This document shows, in pieces, positions 21,176-31,636 of a stretch of DNA of 64,000 nt. The notes beneath the pieces are model-generated. The model did not search any database. It was not told the origin of the DNA and worked only from the letters and a program-made list of their open reading frames with translations. The DNA comes from Aureliella sp. Its GTDB lineage: Bacteria > Planctomycetota > Planctomycetia > Pirellulales > Pirellulaceae. Positions within the stretch are counted from its first letter, which is position 1; every line of letters begins with the position of its first letter. The stretch is from positions 1,504,001 to 1,568,000 of the forward strand of contig OY829846.1 of NCBI GenBank assembly GCA_963691875.1, given 5' to 3'. The position numbers and the translations under genes were made by a program.

Positions 21176-24100
21176 TTACTGAAACTGCGCAATTCTTCGG
21201 GAATCGAGCCATTGTCCGGCCGCCATGATAACTGCACAGCCCCAAAGAATGTAGCTGGGCCATTGAACTGGAAGAAGTAGAAAACCTACTGCACCGAGCA
21301 TCGCCCAATAGGACCACGGATGCGAGGGAAGAAATGAATCGAGCCTGCGGCGCAAGAGTCGATACAGAAAGTAAGCGGATGCCGACAAGAACACCACGAT
21401 GCCAGCGGCCGAGAGTTTGTGTCCCCAGCGTGTGGGAATTAACTGCGGTTGCAATTCAATCTGGAGTTTGACTAGTGACATCGGCAACTCGGTCTTAAAC
21501 TGCCGTTGTTCCGCGGCATAGAGCACGCTGCTTGCCGTCAGCTGGTCTGGTTTGACTCCAGCTCGGCGACAAATCTCCGCCCAGAATTGCTCCAGCAAAA
21601 CTTTCGCGTTGGCCGAATCTGATTGGTCTAGGGAGCTGACCAAAAATTGCTCACCAAACCCCATCGCGCTCGGTTGCCAATGTTCAAGCCAAGCGATTCT
21701 CTCGCTTACGGGAAGTCGACGCATCCGATCAATACTATCCGATAGTAGATCTGTCCAAGTATCGATAAGTATGCCGTTTGAAACGGGGCTAAGCTCGCCT
21801 GAAGCTTCCCAGCCACGATCCCGACATTGAAACGAGAATTCGATTTCCTCATCAGCCAATCCAATTGCTTGAGGCGCATCAAGAAGCCAACCGCCAGCCC
21901 GCCGAGTGCCTGAAGTGAAATGAATTCTAAGGCGAACCGGTCCATAGTTGGGCTGCAACAGGACTCGAAGTCGTCTCGTGTCGAACGAATAGTTTGCGAA
22001 CCTTTCCCCGACGGTAACACCACAAACCTCAACTCCCGTGGGCAAATCGAACTCGACATAGGTACCTCCTCCAGGCTCAACCCAAAAGTCCACAAACTGA
22101 GAAACGAACTCTTCTTGAACCTGTTCAACTCCCCAACGTGCCGCCCACAAGCTGGCTTGGTTTGACTGTTCGATTTCAGGTTGCCAGGTAACGACGGTGT
22201 CACTGTCTTGACCAATAGCGAGTGTCACTCCCTTTAACTCATCCGTTTTCCAGTAATTAAGCTCAAGGGGCTCGGCAAGAAAGTCAGCTGACCAGCGGAT
22301 TACGGATCCATCCATGAGATCCGGGAGCGCGATGAGTGGCCGCACCCCCTGGCTTGAGAGAATATCGATGGGCGGAATGGTAACTTGGTTGTTTACAGAA
22401 CTGTATTCGAGGTCCAGTTCCATTTCGAAACTATATGCAGTCTGACTCTCGGTCAGCGGAAGCATTGCGATCGTGGCGAGAAGCGGGTCGCCTGATGGAA
22501 CCGTTTGATAGTCGTGCTTTGAGCTCAAGGCATCTGACAAGTCTGATGGAACGCGTAGGAAGAGAAAATCGTTGGAGAGGTATTCGGGGCCCCTCACTAC
22601 TAGTCGACCACGCCACTGGGCTCCTTCGGGTTCGACAAACAATATGGCTTGAAGATCTTCCCGCAGTCCCAGTCGCAACAATCGATATTGAATCGGCAAC
22701 TGGCTTGAATCCCGATAGTCACCCTCCAGCTCAGCTTGGCCAACCAACACTTCAAGATTTGAAAGCACGTCACTGGGTCGTAGGCTAACCTTCTCGAGGC
22801 GAATATCGTTAGCATCACCTAAGTCAAAATCGCAACGTACTCCCGCGCGACGTAGCACACGAACAATTGAGCTCGAAACTGCTGCGTCGTCCATAACCAC
22901 TCGCGACATCGTTTGGCTCCTTGTAGAGCCGCCTCGAATTGGCGTCGTCAGTTCCAATTCGGCACTTGCAATTTCCCCTTCGACTAGTGAAGAGAAGATA
23001 AGTAAATAGTCTTCGGCCTCCCCAGCGATGACTCGATAGGGTGCATTAGAACCAAGGATTTTGCAGCTTGAAACGTTTGCACTCTTTGGAATCCGAAACC
23101 TCAAAGCAGGGCGCTTGGATGTCTCTTTCCACTGTGCGAGATATTGTATTCTTGCCTCGCTCGAAGAAAGGTGTATCGTATTCACCTCGGTTGCCGTTCG
23201 TTCCTCTACCTGATCCTGCTTCTTAAATGAACACTGTGCTACGCCGGTGGGAAGTAGAAATCGCTGGGGAAGATCGGTCCATGCGAGTTTTCCCCAGACG
23301 TTTAGGTCGGAAGCAATCCCTGGCAACCAGTTTGCACTCAACTCAGCTCTCCAAGGAGAATCTTCCGTCGAAGACCACCATAGAGATTTTTCTAGCACAG
23401 TCGTGTTTCGCACCACCGGATAGACAATCTGCGCGGTGTCCATTGACCGGGAGCTTGTGCGCTGACTGAGCAACATCCGAATGGTCGCCACATTCTGAAA
23501 CTTGTCGGCCGCATCTCGAAACTCCACATCAAATTCGCGATTCGATTGAAGCTGACGCCGCTGAGTCGGCATTGGGCTCACGTCTCCCCAGTTGCTGCCA
23601 ACCACTTCCCAGTTGTCATCAACGGCGATTCGAAAAACGTCCGGCAAAGCGCTTGGATTCGACACCTCGATGACGGCCAACGCACACAGGTGACTCGAGT
23701 TGCCGTGCATCCAAAGATGCGTTCTGGTGCTTACCGCTTGCGAACTCGTCGATTTCGAAATCCAGCTACACTTCAATTGAGTTGCTGGGCCAAGGTCTAA
23801 TGAGCGGGCACTCGTTTCGAGCTTGGGCGAGCCGACGGTTGGGATCTCAACTCGCGTCTTGGAATCGGCGATGACTCTCAGTTTTGCCGATGGGTATGGC
23901 GGTATCCCCGCCTCAAACACGGCTCTTCCGGATTCTTCTAGTTTGGCTTCTGGCTGAAAACGAAGCTTCAAACGATAAGGCCCAGGAGCCTCGGGCTTGA
24001 ATACAACGCCTTTGTCGTCTTGGTACAGAGTAGCATCCATGGCATCGACACTCGTACCGTCGATCTCGGATTCACTCACCAGCAGGGGCATGCTCTCGGC

Positions 24101-27100
24101 CAGAAATTCGAGACGAATCTGCCCGGCAGCGGCAGGAATATCCACAGTCACGTTAGCCGTAAGTTCTTCGATTAACTGCTCATTCGCATCATCGCTCGGT
24201 AGCAGTCGCAAGACGTAGTCGATGTCGCGTACTGCCGCTTCGCGTTCGGCTTCCTCCTTGGCGCCCTCCTGCAGTTTCGCCAAAAGAACTTCAGGCGCAT
24301 AAACCAAATTGCCTTCGACACCTTCCCAGGAATCATCGACCGGAAGAAAGATCACGTGAACCTGCTTCTCGTTCGAGTTACTCGTATCGAGCGCTTGTAC
24401 CTGTGCAGCTAAACAAAATAATCCAGCCAACAGAGAGCCTGTCACTGCGGAGGCTTGTGGCAAGGACTTAGTACGTGTCGACGCAGGATTGCTGCCATCC
24501 CGAAGCCGACGCTTTATCACCACCCGAAGAATCGCGGCCACAGTAGCAAGGACGCTGGCAAGAAAAACCGTCTGTGCAAAAACGAGCCAAGAACCCGGAC
24601 TGAGAATAACCAGCGCTGCTAGGATCGTGAGGCAGCCCCAGAGTCTGGTCAAAACGCCGCCAAGTACGACAAAGAGCACGGCACTCAGCGCAAATGTTCC
24701 AGCGATCGCCAAGCAAGAATAGGCCGTCCGCTTGATCAACCAAAGTCTCTCTGTCGCTTTGGAGCTGTCCAGCGGGATGGAAGTCCATCGAAAATGCTCA
24801 TCGGGAGCAGAAGCTACTTCCTTAGTCTTGCCAGGAGTGAAGCTCTTCCACCAATTCATAGGCATGAGTCGTGCAACAACTACCCCGTCCTCGTCTGGAG
24901 TACTGTGAAGCTTCAGCAACGCAATCGATGGTGGAAGCCATAGTCTGGCATGCCTCTGCACAACTGGAATCTGCAAAGTTGGTCGAGAGAAGCTCAAATT
25001 TGTGATCCAACCTGTCGAGTCGGCTCGGCTGTCGAAATGCAATACAATCCGCGTTTTCTGCCGTGGCTCAACACTGATAGCCAGTATTGCTTCCGGTGCA
25101 ATCAACCGCAAAGGCCTATCTCCGACGCTTGCATCACTTAAACGCCAATCCTTTGGAATGCGAAGCTGAAACAAGTTGGATTCACCTGGCTCGACTACCC
25201 ATTCGACTCGATGCTTAGCCTTCTCGAGGCTGGTTAGCCAATGCTCAATCTTCTCTGAGACTACCCAACCAGTTTGAGCAACTGTGGGATTGCGAGAATC
25301 CAGTGGTAGTTGGGACTGCATCTCCTCACCTATCCGCAAGCCTACCCAATTCGACTCATTTTCTTGCATGAAGCGTTCCGAGGATTCTAAACTCAGATGC
25401 TCCCCACGTTCTATATTTGGCAAGAACTCGATCGCGCCTTTGGGGAGTCCAGCAAAGTCTATCTTTGCCAGAATGCTAGGTGTGCAAAAGAGAGTAATGG
25501 TCTTTTCTGTCGCATCAGGAAAAGTGACTAGCGGCACGGCAGCCCCGGAGTGCCTAAAACTAGTTTGGAGAAGCGTGCGTTTGCTCAGCGGTTCGGTTAA
25601 CAGTACACGAACGAGTAGACTTTCCTCGTCACGCTGCAAAACATCGAACCTTAGAGGCTCCTTCCCCTTGCCCAGTCGGAAATCTATCTGTGATGCATCG
25701 ACTACCGGAGGCATCTGAAGCAATACAGAATCCACCTCATTGTCTGGCTCTAACTCTGTCACCCAATTGATTTGAAGTGCTGAGTTGTCGATTTCGCTAA
25801 CCCACCCCGCCGATTTGCTGGAAAATCTCGCAGGTTCCTGCACGAGTCGGATCGGAGGAATGGTGCGTCGAACTCCCTGGAATATCCATTGAGACTCCGC
25901 ATCGTCGATCAGTTCTCGTTGCCAAACGGGAAGGTTTACGTCTTGAATTTGGAACATGAGCAGATTCGCTGTCAAATCAACACGAAATCGACCGCTGGGT
26001 TTCAAGACATAGTTATCGACTTGATTTGAGTTTGGAAGTGTCAGCAGCCTTCGAATACGCTCACCTTCTTTCTGAAGTCCTCGATGGCCCTTTACACTTA
26101 ACTGAAAATTCACATCGCTGCGTTGATCATCCCAATGCACAAGAATGATCGTCGGCCCCTCCGAATCAGGTGCTGGCTCAATAATGCTCGTAGCAAGCGA
26201 TACTGTTTCGGAATCCAGCACCTCGACTTCGTCGACTACCCATCGTTCGCCTACGCGAATGCTCACCTCATTGCTCTGCGTCTTGCCAGACGAAACGCGT
26301 AATATGCTCTCCGCTTGTAACCATCTCGGATTCAAAGAAAAGCGGTGTAGGCCCTCTGCCTCCCAGTTAGAAATATTTTCGGCTAGCTGAACATTAATCT
26401 TGGGAACATCGCCACTCCAATTCATCTGGTATCGAAGCTGCCCTTCTGTTTCTGTTGAACTACTCGCCGTTTGCGTCAGGTCCAGAACCTCGCCACTTTC
26501 CGAGTTGGCGTGCAAAACAGTGAACTGAGGAGCCGCTTTGACCTGGACAACACCATCGATGACAAAGCATTTGGACACCGCCAGTTGCGGTAGCTGCATT
26601 CGCCTTAAGTCGGCATCTTCGGAAACAAGCTTGACCGCCTCTAGTTCGAGCACATCCTCACGTTCTAATACGACCGCTTCTCGAGGATTCGCAGCCGTAT
26701 CTGAGTTTGCCTGCGGATCGGCAGACTCAGAAATAGAGGGGGCAGCCTCGACATTGCGGGCCGTAAGTGTTGCCACTCTCTCTGCGTCGAGTTCCAAAAG
26801 TAATGTATTGGGTTCTGATCCAACCTGCGTCGTCCAGCTAATAGGACTGCCGTTAAGACGCAGAGAGGAAATCCGAAGATTTGAGGCCGCTTTCAATCGC
26901 AGTGGAGACAATAAGTCTCGCTCTAGAATATCAAACCTCGCGGCTACGGAGATTTCATTCGGAGAAACCTTAAACTCGACAAAGCCCTTGCGCGCCAAAT
27001 GTCGAAAAGATGACTTGGCCTCGAGGTCTGTCCCAACTGTTTCTAAAGCGAACTCGCGTTTGCCCCCGAGATAAATCATCCACCAGCGTCGTTGAGTAGA

Positions 27101-27811
27101 AATTCCAGAACGGGCAAGGCTTGTTCTGTCTGGCCAATCTTCTGGTAGAAAACGCAAAGGTGAATCGATACTTTCGACCAAAACATCATCGGACTGAAGG
27201 CTCACGTCATCACGTGTGACCACAAAGCAGAACGCCTGCTTCGCGGCAGGCAGCTTGAGTTGAAACCTTGGATCATTCGCCGCATTCCTATTCTGCGCGA
27301 AACTCAACCAGTGTTTCGTCGGGCCGTCGACGGGAATCTGCATGCTACCCTTTGCGGCCATGCGGAGTTCATCAACAAACTGTAGTTCGTCTGAGCCAAC
27401 ACCGCGCGCACGTCCAAGTGCCACTGATGTTTCCCCTAGCTGTAGCAAGCCTTTGCCACTCGATTGGAAACAAGACAGTTCCGAAATGAGCCGATCGTTC
27501 TCCAGCCGCGCGACATAGATTGCGGCGTCGAGCGCGGGTTGCCCAAGCAATCCGCGCTCTCTTCGCTGCTGTCTTGCCTCGAGTAGTAGCTGCAGCCGAT
27601 CCAATTCCGTTGGAGGATACTTTTGATCTCTCGCAAGATCCAAGATCTCTTTCAATTGGCTCGACGGCACATAGACCTTCAGAACATCAAAATCATCATC
27701 TTCTTGATATAAGCCGTCGTTCTGTGCTTGGCAAATAGTTGACCCCAGAAGAAAGATGGCAGCAAACAGCGAACAGCAGCGCATTGGATAAAGCGGAGAT
27801 GAGCGAGTCAT
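21176..27811 (-). CDS. Giant membrane protein (2211 aa) with two ectodomain+TM halves
   Basis: Uninterrupted ORF with an N-terminal signal peptide, a central TM cluster (nt ~24520-24730), an internal signal-like helix and C-terminal TMs. Confidence 0.85.
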   Translation of the reverse strand: MTRSSPLYPMRCCSLFAAIFLLGSTICQAQNDGLYQEDDDFDVLKVYVPSSQLKEILDLARDQKYPPTELDRLQLLLEARQQRRERGLLGQPALDAAIYVARLENDRLISELSCFQSSGKGLLQLGETSVALGRARGVGSDELQFVDELRMAAKGSMQIPVDGPTKHWLSFAQNRNAANDPRFQLKLPAAKQAFCFVVTRDDVSLQSDDVLVESIDSPLRFLPEDWPDRTSLARSGISTQRRWWMIYLGGKREFALETVGTDLEAKSSFRHLARKGFVEFKVSPNEISVAARFDILERDLLSPLRLKAASNLRISSLRLNGSPISWTTQVGSEPNTLLLELDAERVATLTARNVEAAPSISESADPQANSDTAANPREAVVLEREDVLELEAVKLVSEDADLRRMQLPQLAVSKCFVIDGVVQVKAAPQFTVLHANSESGEVLDLTQTASSSTETEGQLRYQMNWSGDVPKINVQLAENISNWEAEGLHRFSLNPRWLQAESILRVSSGKTQSNEVSIRVGERWVVDEVEVLDSETVSLATSIIEPAPDSEGPTIILVHWDDQRSDVNFQLSVKGHRGLQKEGERIRRLLTLPNSNQVDNYVLKPSGRFRVDLTANLLMFQIQDVNLPVWQRELIDDAESQWIFQGVRRTIPPIRLVQEPARFSSKSAGWVSEIDNSALQINWVTELEPDNEVDSVLLQMPPVVDASQIDFRLGKGKEPLRFDVLQRDEESLLVRVLLTEPLSKRTLLQTSFRHSGAAVPLVTFPDATEKTITLFCTPSILAKIDFAGLPKGAIEFLPNIERGEHLSLESSERFMQENESNWVGLRIGEEMQSQLPLDSRNPTVAQTGWVVSEKIEHWLTSLEKAKHRVEWVVEPGESNLFQLRIPKDWRLSDASVGDRPLRLIAPEAILAISVEPRQKTRIVLHFDSRADSTGWITNLSFSRPTLQIPVVQRHARLWLPPSIALLKLHSTPDEDGVVVARLMPMNWWKSFTPGKTKEVASAPDEHFRWTSIPLDSSKATERLWLIKRTAYSCLAIAGTFALSAVLFVVLGGVLTRLWGCLTILAALVILSPGSWLVFAQTVFLASVLATVAAILRVVIKRRLRDGSNPASTRTKSLPQASAVTGSLLAGLFCLAAQVQALDTSNSNEKQVHVIFLPVDDSWEGVEGNLVYAPEVLLAKLQEGAKEEAEREAAVRDIDYVLRLLPSDDANEQLIEELTANVTVDIPAAAGQIRLEFLAESMPLLVSESEIDGTSVDAMDATLYQDDKGVVFKPEAPGPYRLKLRFQPEAKLEESGRAVFEAGIPPYPSAKLRVIADSKTRVEIPTVGSPKLETSARSLDLGPATQLKCSWISKSTSSQAVSTRTHLWMHGNSSHLCALAVIEVSNPSALPDVFRIAVDDNWEVVGSNWGDVSPMPTQRRQLQSNREFDVEFRDAADKFQNVATIRMLLSQRTSSRSMDTAQIVYPVVRNTTVLEKSLWWSSTEDSPWRAELSANWLPGIASDLNVWGKLAWTDLPQRFLLPTGVAQCSFKKQDQVEERTATEVNTIHLSSSEARIQYLAQWKETSKRPALRFRIPKSANVSSCKILGSNAPYRVIAGEAEDYLLIFSSLVEGEIASAELELTTPIRGGSTRSQTMSRVVMDDAAVSSSIVRVLRRAGVRCDFDLGDANDIRLEKVSLRPSDVLSNLEVLVGQAELEGDYRDSSQLPIQYRLLRLGLREDLQAILFVEPEGAQWRGRLVVRGPEYLSNDFLFLRVPSDLSDALSSKHDYQTVPSGDPLLATIAMLPLTESQTAYSFEMELDLEYSSVNNQVTIPPIDILSSQGVRPLIALPDLMDGSVIRWSADFLAEPLELNYWKTDELKGVTLAIGQDSDTVVTWQPEIEQSNQASLWAARWGVEQVQEEFVSQFVDFWVEPGGGTYVEFDLPTGVEVCGVTVGERFANYSFDTRRLRVLLQPNYGPVRLRIHFTSGTRRAGGWLLDAPQAIGLADEEIEFSFQCRDRGWEASGELSPVSNGILIDTWTDLLSDSIDRMRRLPVSERIAWLEHWQPSAMGFGEQFLVSSLDQSDSANAKVLLEQFWAEICRRAGVKPDQLTASSVLYAAEQRQFKTELPMSLVKLQIELQPQLIPTRWGHKLSAAGIVVFLSASAYFLYRLLRRRLDSFLPSHPWSYWAMLGAVGFLLLPVQWPSYILWGCAVIMAAGQWLDSRRIAQFQ

Positions 27812-30800
27812 GACGACACCTCCTCCGCCACGCTGGATTGTGGATCCTTAGTGACGTCCGACCAGCGATCTGAATTGCCAACAGAAATGTGATCACTACC
27901 ATCCCGGGCGGTGCGTGGGCCAAACACGCTTCTGCGACGCATCCTAGATTCAATCGCAATGTGAGTCAGAGTCACCAGGACTACCAACGATACGGAGACG
28001 AGTGCTGTCTGGCCGCATAGGAATGCCAGGTCAGGGAAAATCATGGCTGCGCTAGCTAACAACAGAGCTAGCAGTAGAACAGCCTGCGGACTCCTGGCCC
28101 ATTGGGCATTCAGGATAAGTACTGTGATCCCAATCGCCACTAGACCTATTGGGAACCAAAGTAAGAATCGGGGGATCACCCATAGACTCAAGGTTTGAGT
28201 CGGTAGATCTCCACTCATCAGATAACGATTAGTCGACGCAGGTAGTCTGACTTCGTCTACTCGCATCAAACGCAGCATGTTCGACTCGTCTCGCGAGTTC
28301 GCGCGATTCCACCAGAATCCGTTCCATTCCCAGGTCCATTCTGGCATCAAGCGCTCAGGTGTCCAAGCCAAGTGTTGCGTCCGAGGAGTAGCTACTTGCC
28401 AGAAGAAGCGTCCCAGGTTCTCGGCGTCAATTATCTCTGGAACGCGCACACTGACCTTCGAGGCACTCCAGTTCTCTAGACTGGAAAGAAGCGTATAAAT
28501 AACTTCGACAGAGTGGAGACCATCCTCGGTGGATGAAACTGGGATACGAAACAGATCTTCTGACGGAACATAAGCGTCTCGTACCTCTCGCCCGTCAATC
28601 ACCACCCGCCAAGCACCACGTCGCAAGTTGACGCTTTCGTTTAACTTAATTTTGATCTCGTCTTGCGTGGTATAGAACCTTGCAACAAACCGATCTTGGC
28701 GCCCCTCCGTACCAATAATACTTTGCAACCAAATGTTGGACACGACTAGGTTTTCAGCGGCTTGGTTCTGATCCTGCAGCAACTGTAGTAGGAGGACAGC
28801 TGAATCCGCACTGGTCTTCAAAGGCTGTTGGGAAGCCAGTGGAATCCAATTCGTACCTGCGTCTCCTCGCGTTAATCCCAACAAAGCAGCACCACGGGTA
28901 TTTGCAAGCGAGACTTCGCGTGTAGTCGCGATATATTCAGACGGCTCGAGTAGAACAGCCAACGGTATCTGTTCGCTCGAATTGTCGGGACTTGGGCTCG
29001 CGCTGCCTGCGGCACCGCTGCCCCATGGCAGCTGGTACTCAACACGCAACAATACATTTCGCCTCAGTTCAGAGGCTGCGACAAGCTCGTAGACTTGCCA
29101 TGTTTGCTTCGCATCTGCATTGCTGTTCGCACGCTCGGTTCGTTGAGAGAGTTGTTCTCCAGTTAAAAGCTCAATAGGTACAGCAGATGTCAGCAAGTCG
29201 CCAACATAGAATTGAACGCGTTGAAACGTCGCATTAGGGGCCTGATCCTGGCGGACAGGTACCGCAATCCGGGGTCGAAAGACAGGAACATTCGCGATGC
29301 TTAGGTCAAAGTCTTGTCGAACCTGAAGCTCATTTTGCAATAGCGTGAGTTCCACGGATTCACGTGCGACAACCGAGCGAGGTAGCACATTCGCTTTCCC
29401 TACCCATTTGGGTTGGACAGAATTGCTCTGAAACCGAAAGACGTAGGGCTGTCTGATAGATTCAGTTCTTAAGTATCGAGAAAGGTCCTCGGAAAACACG
29501 TCCGGCAACAGGCCCTGGCTGTTACTGTCCTGAAATCTCAGGAGTACCTCATCTTGTGAGGACACAATGAGAATTCCGGCACCATGATTTGCAGTGCCAA
29601 TATCTTCTCCACGGATAATTTGTGGGATGACAAATTCCAGCGATTCTGGGCCAGACAGCGTTTTCTCAGCAGTCAACTGCCAGATCTGCCTCGGTCGGCG
29701 ATTACCGTCAAAGGACGAGCGTTCAGTCGATGGAAGTGTGACGCGATGGCTACCGTCACTGCGCGATTCAATTCGCAGCAGCTCACCTTCCTCTGCACCT
29801 GGATCTGCTGAAACTGGATATGCAGTTGCGGTGTTTTCAAGCGGACTCCAGTCGCCAAACATAAGGCCAAGATTGGGCGCTCGCTGATTGGAGTTGAAGG
29901 AACAATCTAGCCACGCGGTCAATCGCAGCTTAGACTTCTCGACTTCCACCAAGTAGACTGGCCGCACGGTTGGCAAGGCTTCTTCCTTGCGGAAGACTAA
30001 GCGTATTCCCACGTCTTCTTTCGAAAAGCCGAATTGTAATTGTTGCCAAGCGAAAGAATCACTGCTTTGGCTGCGTTGAATAAATGTAGACGCCGCGTTG
30101 TGGTCATACCGAACAACAAATTCTGCCGGAGTTTCACAAACCATCACGCCACGATGAGAATCCAAGTCGCTGACTTTCGGGATCGCTATATCGCAGGCTA
30201 GTCCTTTTGTCGCCGTAGTTACCAACGTCGGCAGGTACTCCCATTCAAGAGTGACTTCGATACTCGAAAACTGATCTGGATCAATGTTTTGCAGTGAATA
30301 CTGGGCTGCAACTTCCTCATCCGCTGCGGAATCATCGACGACGAGCGAAACTTGAAAGCGTTCGAAATCACCTTGCGGCCGCTCTCGCCATCGAGCTCCC
30401 TTTGGCAGCGTCAGCAAAAGTGGCTCATTTTGGTTGTCTCCGAACCATCGCAACGTCATCTTGGTCGTTGCACTCCAGGGAGTACTCGGATCAGCGACTA
30501 CAAAACGCGTTTCACTGTCCGCTTCGACAGACGAAAAGCGATTCAATTCGTCTTTTGATTTCCACGAAATGTTGAAATCACCGCCACGAGAAAGGATCGT
30601 GTACTCAATGCCTTCAGCGCCTTTCTTGGGCTCACCAAGAAACTCCTCACCACCAGGACGAACGTCTGTTGAATTGGCTGGCAAAACTAATTTGATTTCA
30701 CAGCTCTGCAGAGGCAGCGCAATTCGGAGCGAACTGCGTCCGCTGGAGGTAGTCAACTTAGATTTTCCACTCAGCTCGATCCCGTAAACACGGTTTTTCG

Positions 30801-31383
30801 ATTGCTCCGAGGAATTTCGTCCTGAGTAGAGAATCCAGCGATAGCCGTTGACCGTCGCTTCTAACTTACTCTGAAACTCTTTGTCACCACCACTATCAAC
30901 TCGTGGAGGAGTGAGTCCAAGTTGGCATGAACCAAAGCTCAGTGGAACCTCTGCATAAGCTGAGTCATCACCTAGTTGCACCTGAAAATTCGCCTTCACA
31001 TCAGCGTGCCGTTCGCCGACTGCCGCGCTCACTTCAATTTTTCGAAACTCGTAGCCACCCTTTTGATTGTCAAGTTGCTTAAGGAGGCGAATTTCTTCGA
31101 GGGTGACTGACGGCAAATAGAAGACTCGTTCACCATCTTCATCTAAGTACATCCTTGCCTCAAACGGCAGGACGCTACCTTCAAGCCCTTTGGACGAAGA
31201 GCCCGGAGATTTATCTTCCTGCGCCGCAGAGAAAGGAGCAAAGAAGAAAATGACGAGAAACACCCCGAAGGCGAATAGTCGTTGATGAGAGAGCAGAACA
31301 AGCATCAGACGCCATGGCGCACCGCACAACGCTGGCGGCAAGCCTAAGGAGGCTCGGTGTAGCTCAGTGTTCTGATTTATCAT
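27808..31383 (-). CDS. Large membrane protein (1191 aa) with an ectodomain and C-terminal TMs
   Basis: Uninterrupted ORF with a signal-like N-terminus and three C-terminal hydrophobic helices. The stop overlaps the next start (ATGA). Confidence 0.85.
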   Translation of the reverse strand: MINQNTELHRASLGLPPALCGAPWRLMLVLLSHQRLFAFGVFLVIFFFAPFSAAQEDKSPGSSSKGLEGSVLPFEARMYLDEDGERVFYLPSVTLEEIRLLKQLDNQKGGYEFRKIEVSAAVGERHADVKANFQVQLGDDSAYAEVPLSFGSCQLGLTPPRVDSGGDKEFQSKLEATVNGYRWILYSGRNSSEQSKNRVYGIELSGKSKLTTSSGRSSLRIALPLQSCEIKLVLPANSTDVRPGGEEFLGEPKKGAEGIEYTILSRGGDFNISWKSKDELNRFSSVEADSETRFVVADPSTPWSATTKMTLRWFGDNQNEPLLLTLPKGARWRERPQGDFERFQVSLVVDDSAADEEVAAQYSLQNIDPDQFSSIEVTLEWEYLPTLVTTATKGLACDIAIPKVSDLDSHRGVMVCETPAEFVVRYDHNAASTFIQRSQSSDSFAWQQLQFGFSKEDVGIRLVFRKEEALPTVRPVYLVEVEKSKLRLTAWLDCSFNSNQRAPNLGLMFGDWSPLENTATAYPVSADPGAEEGELLRIESRSDGSHRVTLPSTERSSFDGNRRPRQIWQLTAEKTLSGPESLEFVIPQIIRGEDIGTANHGAGILIVSSQDEVLLRFQDSNSQGLLPDVFSEDLSRYLRTESIRQPYVFRFQSNSVQPKWVGKANVLPRSVVARESVELTLLQNELQVRQDFDLSIANVPVFRPRIAVPVRQDQAPNATFQRVQFYVGDLLTSAVPIELLTGEQLSQRTERANSNADAKQTWQVYELVAASELRRNVLLRVEYQLPWGSGAAGSASPSPDNSSEQIPLAVLLEPSEYIATTREVSLANTRGAALLGLTRGDAGTNWIPLASQQPLKTSADSAVLLLQLLQDQNQAAENLVVSNIWLQSIIGTEGRQDRFVARFYTTQDEIKIKLNESVNLRRGAWRVVIDGREVRDAYVPSEDLFRIPVSSTEDGLHSVEVIYTLLSSLENWSASKVSVRVPEIIDAENLGRFFWQVATPRTQHLAWTPERLMPEWTWEWNGFWWNRANSRDESNMLRLMRVDEVRLPASTNRYLMSGDLPTQTLSLWVIPRFLLWFPIGLVAIGITVLILNAQWARSPQAVLLLALLLASAAMIFPDLAFLCGQTALVSVSLVVLVTLTHIAIESRMRRRSVFGPRTARDGSDHISVGNSDRWSDVTKDPQSSVAEEVSS

Positions 31384-31636
31384 GACCGTCCAAATTGGCT
31401 GCGAGCCGATTATGAGAGTGATCTATCACCGCGTCCGATTGGCATTTCGAAGATATGTGTCCTGAGGTTCCGTAATCGGTTGCACCCCCCTTTTCCCTAT
31501 GGTACGCGGCTCAGCTGCCTAATTAAACTAGATTTCCCACAGCAGCTGGAGCACCTAGCGTTCGCTATCGGAATATTCAGCAAAACCCTTACGAAAAGAC
31601 GAAAGAAGATGGTGCTGCACTTATTCCAGGGATAAC

